A stretch of 63,287 nucleotides of DNA, filler included, from Reticulomyxa filosa (lineage: Eukaryota > Protista > Foraminifera): NCBI GenBank assembly GCA_000512085.1. It is 23 parts of 23 records of this genome, joined end to end, with 100 filler letters (N's around TTAATTAATTAA, not from the genome) between each part and the next. Parts side by side here need not be neighbours in the genome. Positions count along the whole stretch, not along the records: positions 10,216 to 16,225 come from ASPP01025363.1; positions 16,326 to 23,574 come from ASPP01020867.1; positions 23,675 to 25,214 come from ASPP01009978.1; positions 25,315 to 29,716 come from ASPP01008472.1; 19 more parts are not named here. The stretch is one strand, 5' to 3'. The position numbers and the translations under genes are program-made. Position 1 is the first letter of the stretch. The number at the start of each line of letters is the position of its first letter. The notes beneath the pieces were generated by a model. It worked only from the letters and a program-made list of their open reading frames with translations, ran no database searches and was not told the origin of the DNA. This document shows positions 12,613 through 25,356 of the stretch, in pieces.

Positions 12613-13476
12613 TTAAACAGTTGATAAATCTTCGACACTGAGGAGTTGCACAACAGAATTGCTACTTACCATCATCACGAGGTGATAGCTTCCCAATTCG
12701 ATATTAGAAAAAGTTTCCACTTCAACATGCTCGCTTCTCTTCCAACCGGGTGCAATGGTATGATTATCAAAATCAGTAACAATTTCAAAATGCTTCCACT
12801 CTTGAGTACTTTCGGCAGGATTATAGGATCTCACTGTTACCACATTTTCGTTGCCATTTTCCATTTTATTCCATCCAACATGAAAACTACTTACATACAA
12901 ATAATAACCATGCAAATCGTTGTTAAAATTCCACCAAAGACCGTTGAGGTGGGATTTGCGATCAAAAAATACACGAAAATTATCCAAGTTTGACGAGCTT
13001 TTGAAAAACCCTAACACGTTTTCAGACAAGTTTCCCACAGATACTGCAAACGTATACTTGAATTTACCGCAAGAGCGCTTAATTTTATCAATATAAAAAG
13101 TCGATAATATGTAATCACTGCCATTGCCTGTTTTTGACCTCAGCTCAAGCATGCTACTTTGGTTATCCGTTTGATTTTGCTGTGGGAGACATTCTTGGTG
13201 GCACGGAATTATTGATGGATCTTTCAAAAGGAAAAGATTTTGCTGTTATTTTTTGGAACATAAAAATCTATATCTTCAAGATAACGCACCTATTGAAACA
13301 AAATGTATGACTAAATGATTTAGATCGTCCGGGATGTGGTTCCTTAAACCACAAGCTCGCGACCAGTTTTCTAACGTTTTTTTAATATTCTTTTTCCTTT
13401 CTTCACCATTTATAAACGAGGTGACTGTATCTGCAACAAGCATTTGACCTCCAATGTTATCTTTCGATTCTTCCAT
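12613..13476 (-). CDS. Hypothetical protein, two exons
   Basis: ORFs 13276-13476 and 12613-13227; N-terminal IKKTLENWSR..IPDDLNHLVIHF motif. Confidence 0.5.
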
Positions 13477-13625
13477 TTATGCAATTTTTTAATATTTGTA
13501 ATTAAAGGGGGATTCAAAAATAGTTTTTTGAACAAGGAAGTAAGATTATGTGCGATTGAATAAAGAAAACTTCGATATTAATGCATACTGAAAATGGATT
13601 TGAACATTAATTACAAAAAAAAATA

Positions 13626-14969
13626 TTATCGAGCAGGTTTCCACGCAAAATTGCAGCCACCTAAAACAAGACAAATAACAGTGCAAGTGGAGGCCAATTC
13701 AAAGCTATAAAAATGAGCTAGCGCACCACAAGCACCGGCACCAAGTATGGTACCAACATCACCCGCTGATCGTAAAAGTGCAAGTGCACGACTTTGGCTG
13801 AGAGGTAATAAAGTAGATTGATGTTGACATTGATCAGCAACATAAGCAATAGGAGTAGTGCGCAAAGCACATCTGGCAACACTCCAAAAGAAAGAGGATA
13901 GAGCCAATTGTTGAAAAGTATGAAGAAATGGCAATGCACAAACAGGAATGGATAAAAGGAAAATGGAAGGCAAGACAATAGATTTGCGATCAATTTTGTC
14001 ATTTAACCAAGCCATAGGTTGAGATAAAATAACATTAATGAAAGCCATTCCACCAAAAATCATACCCAATTTGGAAGAAGTTAAAGCCAGTTCATTAACA
14101 GCATACATCGGCATAACAGTAAAAATAATACCACTGGACATAAATGACAAAAGAAATTGTAAATAAATAGCAGCTCGAATATTAGCATTTTGTAATAATG
14201 GTTTACAATCATGTAACCATTGACCAATAATTTGTAATGTTGTTGTTGTTGTTGTTTTATGTTTATTTTGATTTGAATTGTTTATCACAATAGACTTTGT
14301 TTCTACACACCATTTCCAATTTGAAAATGCCGCCATACTTATTATTAATCCTGCAACTCCTAATGTTTGTCTACTAGACAAATAATCTCCCAAATATCCT
14401 CCCAATATTGGACCTAATGCCATTCCTGCACTCCAACACATTTGCATTGGAGCTATTGTCCTTGCTCGATTTTTTGCTGTACTTAAATCTGTTAATGATG
14501 TTTGTGCTCCAGACATTTGAAATGACTCACCCATTCCTAACATTAATCTCCATAACATCATTTGTGAATATGAATTCGCTGTTGCTGTTCCTGTCATTGC
14601 TATTGTGGCTATTAATGGACCACTAATTAATAATGGCTTTCGACCAAAATGATCTGTTGCCCATGCTGCTGGCACATTCATTATCAATCGTGTCCATCCC
14701 ATCATCGATGTCATCATTCCATATTCCAATGTATTTATTCCTATCGCACTTGCAAATACTGGCATTACTGGTGCTGACACTCCCATTGCCATACCCATTA
14801 GCAACGATTGAAATGCTATCGGATATGTTCTCTTATCAACACCCGTATTTTCGTCACTAGTTAGCTGTCTCTTGCCCGTCACTGGAGATAACCAAGGCCC
14901 AACGCTTGTTAGTCTCTTAGAAAATACATAAGGCTGTCTTATCGACACATGAATTGCTCTGCTTAACAT
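13626..14969 (-). CDS. MFS transporter with putative mitochondrial presequence, intronless
   Basis: 447 aa, about 12 hydrophobic segments, motif A-like WATDHFGRKPLL and WLNDKIDRK, motif C-like GMALGPILGGYL. Confidence 0.9.
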   Translation of the reverse strand: MLSRAIHVSIRQPYVFSKRLTSVGPWLSPVTGKRQLTSDENTGVDKRTYPIAFQSLLMGMAMGVSAPVMPVFASAIGINTLEYGMMTSMMGWTRLIMNVPAAWATDHFGRKPLLISGPLIATIAMTGTATANSYSQMMLWRLMLGMGESFQMSGAQTSLTDLSTAKNRARTIAPMQMCWSAGMALGPILGGYLGDYLSSRQTLGVAGLIISMAAFSNWKWCVETKSIVINNSNQNKHKTTTTTTLQIIGQWLHDCKPLLQNANIRAAIYLQFLLSFMSSGIIFTVMPMYAVNELALTSSKLGMIFGGMAFINVILSQPMAWLNDKIDRKSIVLPSIFLLSIPVCALPFLHTFQQLALSSFFWSVARCALRTTPIAYVADQCQHQSTLLPLSQSRALALLRSAGDVGTILGAGACGALAHFYSFELASTCTVICLVLGGCNFAWKPAR

Positions 14970-15204
14970 CGACCAAACCCAATTTTTTTTATGTTGTGCT
15001 TGTCCAAACTAAATTTAAAAGTATCCTAAGTTTTTGCTTTTTTTGTTTGAGTTTTAAACGAGAAATAGTTTTTATTGTATTTATTTGGATTAGACAAATG
15101 GTCAAATTGTTTGTTCAATCTAAGCAGTATGGTCGATGGTGTCAATTTTTGGTTATTTTTACACATTTTTTTTGTTTTTATTTTTTAAACAAATCCAACA
15201 AAAA

Positions 15205-16017
15205 ATGATAGCAATTTTAAGGGTAGATATATGCCCAGTTCCCGAAGCTGCAGAGTTTGTATTGGAAAGATCATTTCACGTAAAGTAAGAAACTTATGTA
15301 TATATGTGGCTTAGTTCAAGAATCGAGAAAGAACGGATGTAAAAAAAAATGAAAAAACACACTCGTACTTATTGCAACACAACAATAAAAAACTCAAAGA
15401 CTGTATTTGGCAAGGTGTGAAGAAATGCCACTTCCACTCAGAATCAATGAAACTGCTCAAGTGGTATATACGCATATATTTATGTAACATATAGGATGTA
15501 CATGTATAAATATGTTTATGTTGAATAGAAAAAAATTGAAAGCAAGTTTTTCATTTAATTGCATTCCTGGTTCAGTGATGACGATAACTGAATCAAATTT
15601 GAATACAAATGCAAAAGTATGTATAACTTGGATATTGCACAAAGAAAGATCGAAGAGAATGTGAATCAAAACAAAGTGCAACAACCCGTGAAAAAAGAAG
15701 GAACAGCAGTAAAAGAATGGAAATATTGGAACGAACATTATAATGACCACCACCGGACAGGTCTAGTACTGTTTGGTGATTGCTTAACAGTACCAAGTAA
15801 AAGCGTCTATCACTGTAAGGCACACCTTTCGCACTTGTCCAATATCGGTGACTATGTCGGCATCGACCTTATTGTTTCTCATTATCACTATCTCGCTCAT
15901 CACATACTTTCTAATTTGTTCGACAGTTATTTCATCTTTTACAACTACTGTCGCTATTTTGATTCATGGGTCAATGTCAAGCAACAAAGTATTGGACATT
16001 GCTTACTCGTTGGGTGA
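15205..16017 (+). CDS. Hypothetical protein, multi-exon
   Basis: ATG 15205 (MIAILRVD..), GTAAGA donor near 15284, downstream ORF 15619-16017; exon structure uncertain. Confidence 0.35.
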
Positions 16018-16351
16018 CAATGATCAAATGACAAAAGCAAAGCCATTCAATTTGATATTTCATTATAATCACTGCAACTAACACGTTTCCAATTATTAAT
16101 CAACATTTGCTGTTATTGATTATGTTCGGACTGTGTTATCTCCGGACATTCTCAATTTGCTTTTGGTACAAATTTATTAATAAGTCCGTGTTATCTATCA
16201 AATGAAAGTAACAAACAATCACAACNNNNNNNNNNNNNNNNNNNNNNNNNNNNNNNNNNNNNNNNNNNNTTAATTAATTAANNNNNNNNNNNNNNNNNNN
16301 NNNNNNNNNNNNNNNNNNNNNNNNNTGTTTATTAAATAATTTTTTAACCAC

Positions 16352-17340
16352 TCACTCGAAATCAAAGATAGTCGGGAAAATACTGTATTCAAAGTTTTCA
16401 GTCATCAATTCGGCAAACTCTGTAGCGGTTCGCACGGTCATGTACTGAGCACCTTTCAAGTTGGTCGAAATATGTTGGGCCAATTCGCTTCCAAAGTCTT
16501 CGCCAATGCCGACAAAAGTGGTATAAATCTGTTGTTGACTGCATGAATTAGCCAATCCAAACAAGCCAGTTTCTCTCGTTTCTCCGGTATTGGGTCGCAT
16601 ATCCGTCATAAACAAAATGCGATACTGTACATTGGTCGTCGTGTTTGCCTTTTTATCACTGTCGATTTTATCTTGCAGCAATTTGCTGGCTCCTTTGAAT
16701 GCCGCCGACAAATCCGTTCCGCCCGTAGCCGTGATTGACATAATCGATCGTTTAATCTTTTCCGCATCACCTTGTTTCCATTGTGTTAATGGCACCAATA
16801 CATTGCACGTTGTGGTGAACAATACAACGGCAATCGAATCATCCGGTTTTAATTCTTTCAACATCGACAACAAACTTTCTTTTGCCACTGCTATCTTTGA
16901 AACGTATTTTGTTTCACCTTCTCCTGGAGTTATGCTGTCACCCATCGATCCCGACACATCTAATGCTACTACCAAGTTTACTGGCGGACGTCCATATTTG
17001 GCAATCCCTTTTTTTCCATCGTATTGCTATGCAGTCCTAATCCTAACCATTGATACATTTCGTTCGAAATTGGATCTCGACTTCGCGCATAATTGGTACG
17101 CATCGTGAAAAAATCTTTTGCGATTTCTTTCATTGACTCTTCTTTTTTCGCTTGCAATTCCTTGCTTTCTTCCTCTGTCACTTCCCCTCGCACTTCAGAC
17201 GGGTACGTATCAAAATAATAACGGCCAAAAATTCCTTCATGCTCAAAGTCATTCAAAATCAATGACGTTGCTTGCTTGGTCTTATGCAGCGAAGTGCCAA
17301 AACTTGCGCAGCTCAACATTCTTAACATAAACTTATTCAA
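16352..17340 (-). CDS. von Willebrand factor A domain protein, 3'-partial, one apparent frameshift near 17025
   Basis: EGIFGRYYFDT..LGLHS/YDG..RPPVNLVVALDVSGSM (MIDAS DxSxS), ATGGTDL, ILFMTD, FVGIG. Confidence 0.8.
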
Positions 17341-17879
17341 ATAATCAATTATTTATCCAAAGTTTGATTGCACTTTTTCCTTCAGTATTACATTGTAAAA
17401 GACAATAAAAATGTCACTTTCAACGTCTTTACTGAATTTCCTAAAAAGGAAAGACTGAAATAAGATTTGAGGAAAATAGCCTTTCGTGGCTTGATAATAT
17501 TGCACAAAATAAAATGTTATCAAGACCAAACCCGCCTTGAAAATGTTACCACATGAGACAAATTACATCTCTAGTCCCTCAGGCGCAAAAACCGTTAGAA
17601 ATACGCATACTCAGTAAAACAAGAAATGAAAAAACTCAAACAAATGCGGTAAAAAAAGAGATAATTTTTAATAACAGTCGATTAGAGAAACAACAACAAA
17701 AAATGTAATAAAAAAGAACATCAAAAGAAGTGATAAAGACAAAAAAAAATTAAAAAAATAAAAATCGACAAGATATACATTCAGCTATTTTGAATCTTGG
17801 TTTTGTGGCATTTTTTCGGAGAATGCATTATTTTGTAAGAACAAGCGAATTTTATTAACTTTTGCGGAGCTATTAAATG

Positions 17880-20800
17880 GATCCAGGGTTGGATTCTGTA
17901 TTTCTGGTGTCGTTGGGCTCGCTCCGACTTCTTCACCTCCTCGTACAGGCGTGACTCCAGCATTAGGTGTGCTGAGAAGACATGTACAGATTGAACAAGC
18001 ATTGGAGGGATGTTAACAAACAAAATAAAACGAATAAGAAAATGGAAATAAAATGGCGAAACTTGGGTGACCCACCACTCTTTTTTTTTGCACTAGCACT
18101 TGCATAACGATACAAGGACAATGGATGCAATGATCCTTGTGGATAAGCAGTAGGTAGAGTATCCGTCACTTTGTTCGTTTTGCTGTTGACGCTATTTTTC
18201 GGTTTACTTTTGCTACTTTTGCTACTCTTTGTTTTGCTCTCATTCAATTTGCTTTCTGTGGATTGCATTATGTGGAAGATCGTCGATCCCTTCACAATTT
18301 ATTTTTTTTTAGATAAACCAATTTTTATTTATTTATTTTTGATTAGAAAAAAAAATTGGAGTTGTTTCACAAAATAAAGAACCTACGTATAAACTACATA
18401 TTAAAAAAAACAAACAAACGATGATGACACGACTAAACATTAGGGTTCGAGTTGGAACTTTCTTTGGACTTTTGTTGATAGTGATCGTGTTTTTGATCGC
18501 TTCCATTTTTTTCATCCTCGTTAGCTTTGTCCGGAGTTTGAGGCAAAAATACGGGGATATTTTCAACTTCGTTTTTTCTCCCGATGGCCTGCAACGTATT
18601 TAATCCATCCCTCGGTCTAATCGGCTCAATTTTGTTAACTTCAGAGTGCGAAAACGATGTTGTTCTCTGTAAATGTCCGCTTCCACTGTTGCCTCTGTTC
18701 AAAAAGAGGCTACCACACAACATAGACACATACATATCAATAAACATAATTAATGCATATGCATGAGTATCATATATGTATGTATACGTATATTATATCA
18801 GTGTGTTATGACAATTACTTTTTTAAAAATAAAAACGAAGCAATCAACAAACATCTTAATTACAGCATTTGACTTAAAAAAATGAATGAACAAATAAATA
18901 CGTACATATGTATATTGTATACATACATATATAATATAAAAAAATATATGTATATGTACATATATAAAGAAGTATAAATTTGTAGACAAGACACAAACTT
19001 GAGCGAATTTTTTAAGGAATTTTTCAAACTCAGTTTGGGTTTGATCGAAACAGGTGATGGCTTTGGAACGGGTTGACTATGCTGAATGGACACTTCATCT
19101 CCAAAATCGCCACTACTCGGATTGACCATTTTTTCATTGGGTGGGGTTGGCACTGTGTGTTCGTCGTGCATGGCTACGTGTTTAATGTCTTCGAATTCGG
19201 TGAAAATGGCCAGCTCAACGAACTCGTCCGTCATATTCACGTACTCGTCGGGTTCATTTTCGGGAGACGAGGATTGCGGTACGTCCGTTGCGCCACCATC
19301 ACCATCACCATCGCCATCAGTAGGGATGGCCATGCCTTTGATGTGAAGAGGGCTGCTCGCGGCCTTGGTCTCACTCGTCGACCGGTTCGGACTGATTTCC
19401 TGCACTCCTACTGCATTAGCGTTTCCACCGTTTGTAATTGTTCCTACATTTCGCTCTTCCTCTTTTCTTGCTTTTTCATTCCTGCTTCCACTTCCACTTG
19501 TATTTGCATTTGCATTTGCATTTGCATTTGCATTTGCATTTGTAGTTGTATTCACAATAATGCCTGTATTTGCATTCGCGTTAATATTTATATTTTTTGC
19601 TGGATCTCCATTTACGCTTATGTTCGTATTGGTCATTGTATTTGTGCTTGTGTGTACATTTATCTTTGAATTCGCACTTTCATGAGCATTGCCGTTCTTA
19701 TGTACATTCCCGTCTCGGTACTCATAGAAAGTGACGTGTTCAAAGCCATCCGTCTTTTTTGCTATCTTGTCTGTGCTTTTATTGCCAATGGCTAATGTCA
19801 AAGCTGGGGGTGCTTCGTCCATCGTATTTTTATTTACATCTTATCGTATGCCAAGCGTTACGTATACATAGACATACAAAGAATGTTATTGAATAATAGT
19901 TATAACAACAAAAGCGTTTACAAAATCCATTTAAAAAAAAAAAAAAAAGAAAGGTATATATGTAGATAATATTTATTATTTTTTTTTTTATACGAGTACG
20001 TTTGAAGAGCTACAAAACTTGGTTTGCACCAACGTGGACAACACAAAACACTGAGCATGACACAACAGGGATGTTGTCTACATTCAAAGAGTGAAAAAAA
20101 GGGGTGGGAGGGGGGACACATATGGTTGCGCTATACATTGTCAAATATCTTTTCTCGTTTTTTTTGTACTCGATCTTATCTGGTGTAAAAAAAAAAATAC
20201 ATATATACATGAATATACACGTATATATGTGCGACGTATAATATCGTAAGGTACCACGTTTTTTTTTTTTTTTTTTTATGTTGTTGAGAAAAGATAAGAA
20301 AAGTAACCGATTGAAAGTGCACAGCCAAACGCGATCAAACAAGAAGGTATAGGACAACCCCAAGCAGGCGCAGCAGTGACCAAAGGGAATGATCCACAGC
20401 CAAAAGGGGGCCGTTGTGGGGTGTGACAGTTGATACGACGATGAAGAAGAAGGAGAAGAAGATGACGAGGAGGAGCAGGAGCAATGGAAGAAAAAGAGTA
20501 AATAGAAAAGGAATGTGAGACCACTAGCGATGGACATGAGAACGCTTCCAGCGGTGACTTGTTGAATAGGTAGCATTTCATTGGCCAGGATTTCTTTCCA
20601 AAGATAAGGCCGGCTTTGCGCCAACGATTGCAAGTAACTGTAATACACACTGTACAAAAAGTGAGTAGTCAAGAGAACATTCGCAATGGCACCGATAATG
20701 ACACAAGCTAATACGGCATACAAAGGCAATATACACACGTTGATAGCAACCCAAAGCAAGATGAAGATTAGCAAGTGACCAATCGACTTGAACCATCCTG

Positions 20801-21635
20801 GACAAGCTCTTCGTGACAGCGAGAGATGACTATTCACGTTAGTCATGCCGCTCACGCTTTTAACTTTGGTATCTCTATCCTTTCGGTTCGTCATCGACAC
20901 CGATCCTCGACAACACTTCATCACTTCCAAACAACGCATTGGATACGAAGATATGCAACATGGCCATCCCTCGCTCACACTCAGGCTGTTTCTCTCGGGT
21001 TCGTTCTTGGCGGAGGTCGATGGAAACGCTGACACCGATGGCAAGGTTGTTGCTGTCGCCAATCCGCACCGACACTTTAATAGTGGCGACACCAATTGGT
21101 CTCGCTCAAACGACAAATACAATTCTATACTTTGTGTGGTTAAAAATAATGCCATTATCAATATCTCCAACACCTTCGCGCTATTTACTTCTCTTCCTTC
21201 TCCTCCTCTTCTTTCTGATATCCATTCAAACAACACTGGCTTTTGCCAGTTATGCTTACTGAGTTCGACTGTGGTTTATTGTTCATTTTGTAAACATCGA
21301 CACATTTTGCTATCGTCACTTTGTTTATAGTATGACCTTCTTTGCTCTTTATACGTATGTTCTTCTTTTGTTACCAAACTGTTTAGTGCTGAACTCGGCC
21401 ACAACAGAATTTCCACAAATACCATCGCTGTTAGACAACAAGAAAACCACATGTAAATCCCTGCAAACATCGGAAAATACCCGTTCACATACGGACGTCG
21501 TCTTATTAATATACAGCGTCGAGGCCGGGCCACTACTTCAAAGTGGTTGTACAAATGAACTATCCAAAGAAGTAGTTGCACACACCAACTAAAAAGTACT
21601 ATTGTGGTGGTCACTATGTCCCTTGTAGAATACAT
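17880..21635 (-). CDS. Multi-exon multi-pass membrane protein with low-complexity tail (one or more genes)
   Basis: Hydrophobic ORFs 21276-21644 and 20010-21236 followed by hydrophilic ORFs 18860-19822, 18433-18747 and 17963-18295; boundaries uncertain. Confidence 0.4.
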
Positions 21636-22059
21636 TTTTAGCATTTCTGTTTATGTTACTTTCAAATTCCTTTTTTTTTTTGTTTCCCTCTCTCAAAAGG
21701 GATTTTTTGTGTTTTTTTTTAAAAATTAATCGTTCTTCATTTTTCTGTGCCACAAGAAAAGGATTGCAGTCTACGAATTGTATGCAACACATATTGCCAT
21801 TCATTTTTTGACATACTAAATTGTAAAAAAAATTTGTATTAACATTGTATCTCACTGTGATTTTAACTTCAATCAAGTATCTTTTTTTTTGCTATCTTTT
21901 GACAAATCCACACCAAAAATTTTGTTCAAACATAGATTAAATTTTATTCAACTTTAGTTATTGGATCAGTAAAACACGAACAAACAAAAAAAAGAAAAAC
22001 AAAGAAGCAAATGTTTGCGGCCCATTTATACGTAAGCCCACTAAAAAAAAAAAATGGTG

Positions 22060-23430
22060 AGTTAATTAATTACTTAGTACAATCAATTTTTTTTTTGAAG
22101 TCCGTTGTGCGGACTGGAAACAACAGTGATACATTGTCTTGCTGTCGTACCAGGGGGATTGATTCCATCATAGCCAATGGCATGTCCAGTATTGGTATTG
22201 GAACTGCCATGATCTTGATAAGGGTACATCCACGGCGCGTACTAATTTATATACAACAAATATGTAGCAACAAAAAAAAAGTCTCTTTTTTATTTTTAAA
22301 TCACAATCTCTCCCTCTCTGTCCCTCCCTTTTCTTCTCTTCACTAGCATACTTGTTCCAAAGCCCAAAGCTGAAAATCAATACAGCTGAAAAACAAGGTA
22401 AAAGAATAAGACAGAGGCGTGCTCCAATGCTTTTGCCGACGTTGCAAAAACTCGGTGAAATGTGTGTATTCAAAAATGAAGTAATGAATGATAGCCAAGA
22501 CATTTAAAATGCAGCCTAGTTTGATTTGCGTCCGATACTTCCACCCCTTTTTTTTTTTGTAAGTGGTGGATCCCTTTCGGGCTGATCACCAATCGCCGTA
22601 AAAAATAAACTCCAAACCATTGGATCGCATTGAAACACCAGATGGCAACCTCTTTGGAGTACAAGAGTAGGTTATGAGTTTTGCTTCCTTCTTGTCCAAG
22701 AACGATAAATATAATGGCAAGCAAGCTCAGAATTAAGAATCCAAGGCCTAATTTTTTTATTTTTCATTTTTTTTATTTTTTGTTGTCATTGTTAAAAAAA
22801 AAGGTTGCCCCCTTTTGTACCTAAAAAAAAAAAAAAAATTATGTAATATATACATACACAAAAAAAAAAAAAAAAAAGGGTTACCTTGGAAATACACCGA
22901 CCCAATTTGTTTTTTTGATTTTCGAACCGAAGTCATTTGCAACATATGCTGTATTTCGGACCCACATTGGGCTTGCAAGTTGTATATTTTATTGTTGATA
23001 TACACTTGTGAGCACGAGATAGTGACAAAGATAAACACCCAAATGGCGTTAACGACGTGCTCGCCCAACAGCGCCACGTTATCTCCGGTCGACTCACTCA
23101 CGATCATCCAAACATATAGACCCATGCACAGCCACAGGTTCATTTGCTGCATCACATTGTGCAGGTGCGAGTGGTACGAAGAAGGCTCGGTTTCGAGCAT
23201 CAAAAAGATCGTGGCAAGTACAACATTGGAATGAATGGTCGCAATATCATCATTTGTGTCACAAAAAATATTTGCGAGCATTTGTCCAATGGAAACGTAT
23301 CCGTTCCGCTCGGTACATTGTGGCAGTAGGTCTGAATCAACGTATTCGTAAAATTGTCACTGTTCAGCGGTGGCAAGCTAACAAACGAAAACAATTTCGT
23401 CATAAATACCGCTACATACCATCCACGCAT
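22060..23430 (-). CDS. Hypothetical multi-pass membrane protein, multi-exon
   Basis: Hydrophobic ORFs 22757-23281, 22470-22724 and 22168-22503 separated by poly-T introns. Confidence 0.4.
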
Positions 23431-25314
23431 CCATGGGTCTGTTCATTTCATTGTTTAAATTGACACAATTGAGAATTATAGCATTATCTCAAATGACAAT
23501 AATAACTGAACAAACAAATAAATATATTTATTTAAGACTGATCACAAAAAAAAAAAAAAAAAAGAACGCACATGNNNNNNNNNNNNNNNNNNNNNNNNNN
23601 NNNNNNNNNNNNNNNNNNTTAATTAATTAANNNNNNNNNNNNNNNNNNNNNNNNNNNNNNNNNNNNNNNNNNNNAAAATTAATGGAATTAATTTTGATAA
23701 TACAATTAATTATTTAATAACATTTATCACAATGTGGGTTTTCCTGCTGCTGAAAGAGGTTTGCAAACTGTAATACGAAAGGTTTTCGATCTTTTGAGCA
23801 ATTTAAAACAAAAGATTAATGATTTAAATAAAAGAGAAAATAAACAACAAGATTCAACAAGTGAAAGAGAAAAGACAAGTCGTGAAAGCGAGTATTATGT
23901 TTTTAGAATAAAGGGTTCCAAAGTTCAATTGTAATGTGCGAATTACTTATTACGACATCATGAGTACTACAACAACAATAATACAATATACTATTGCAAG
24001 AAAGAAAGTTATATAATATGAAGATATAAAAAAATAATTTAAATTTAGTATTATTGTTAAAAGCAATTATAAGCAAAAACACGTAAAACAATAGTTCAAG
24101 ATAAAGTAATATGAAAAAAGACAAAATTTATTTAAAAAACATTAAAAAATGAACACAAAACAAAAAGACAATATTATTGTGTAAATTTATAATTATTAGA
24201 TTAGTTTTCATTAAATTAATTTGTATTTATCAAAATTAATTTGACAAGAAAATATTTGTATTTACTATATATAAATTGACTAACTTATTTGTGTATTTTC
24301 ATGTCTACACAAAAAAGCAAAAATTAAAATATATTATGTAATATTTTAACCAGAATGAAATTGTAACAAAGTGCAAAAATTACAAATAAAAAATACATAG
24401 ATCAATCGGTTTATATTATTTACTTAAAACAATACCAAGTACAATAAATAAATAAAATTTGCAAATATAATGCTGAAAAGGTATTATGATTATAAATATA
24501 AAATCACATAAGAATATTTTATTGAATAATTAATAATTTCACGTTATAAAGCATAATGCCTAGATTACATTAATAATATCATATTCAAAAACAAATTTGA
24601 CTAATTGATAAAAAACTTAGTATATCACGTTCAAAATAAAGAAGAAATTTCATCAACTTAATCTTAATTTAGATTTAATACGAAGTATAGAAACAAAAAA
24701 TGTAAAATATTTTTTATTGATTATATTCGTAATTGACATATCAAAAACATATTAACTATGTCTAGGAAATGCGTCTGGAAAGTTATGTTATATAACATAC
24801 TTATGTTCATACAAAGGCATCCGACGTTCATCAGTATAAACATTATTATTCAAGACAATCATAAGTCCTTCTCTTGAAATTAGTTTCATTCTGAATGTAA
24901 TAGCAGATCATACAAGATGTACTAGAAAAGGTCCAAATATTTCAATGTATATAATCTTGTGATTGATTATTCAACTGCATATGATCAATAAATATAATAT
25001 ATCAATTTCATCTACTTGAATTAAGACTACAACAAGAAGAAGTAAAGATAAATCAAAAATTAATTAGATTGCCAAAAAAACTTCAAAATTCCAATTTAGT
25101 AAAAGCATATCTGATGTGTAAAGAATATAAAATATCAACTAATGCAAATTATATTGTATATAAAATCAAATTAAGAAATTTTACTAAATCAAATGAAAGA
25201 TTAAAATTTTTGAANNNNNNNNNNNNNNNNNNNNNNNNNNNNNNNNNNNNNNNNNNNNTTAATTAATTAANNNNNNNNNNNNNNNNNNNNNNNNNNNNNN
25301 NNNNNNNNNNNNNN

Positions 25315-25356
<42 letters not shown>

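Noticed and set aside
23675-25214. Very AT-rich contig as organellar or viral DNA
   Set aside because: No recognisable gene, RNA or repeat structure; treated as intergenic or decayed DNA.
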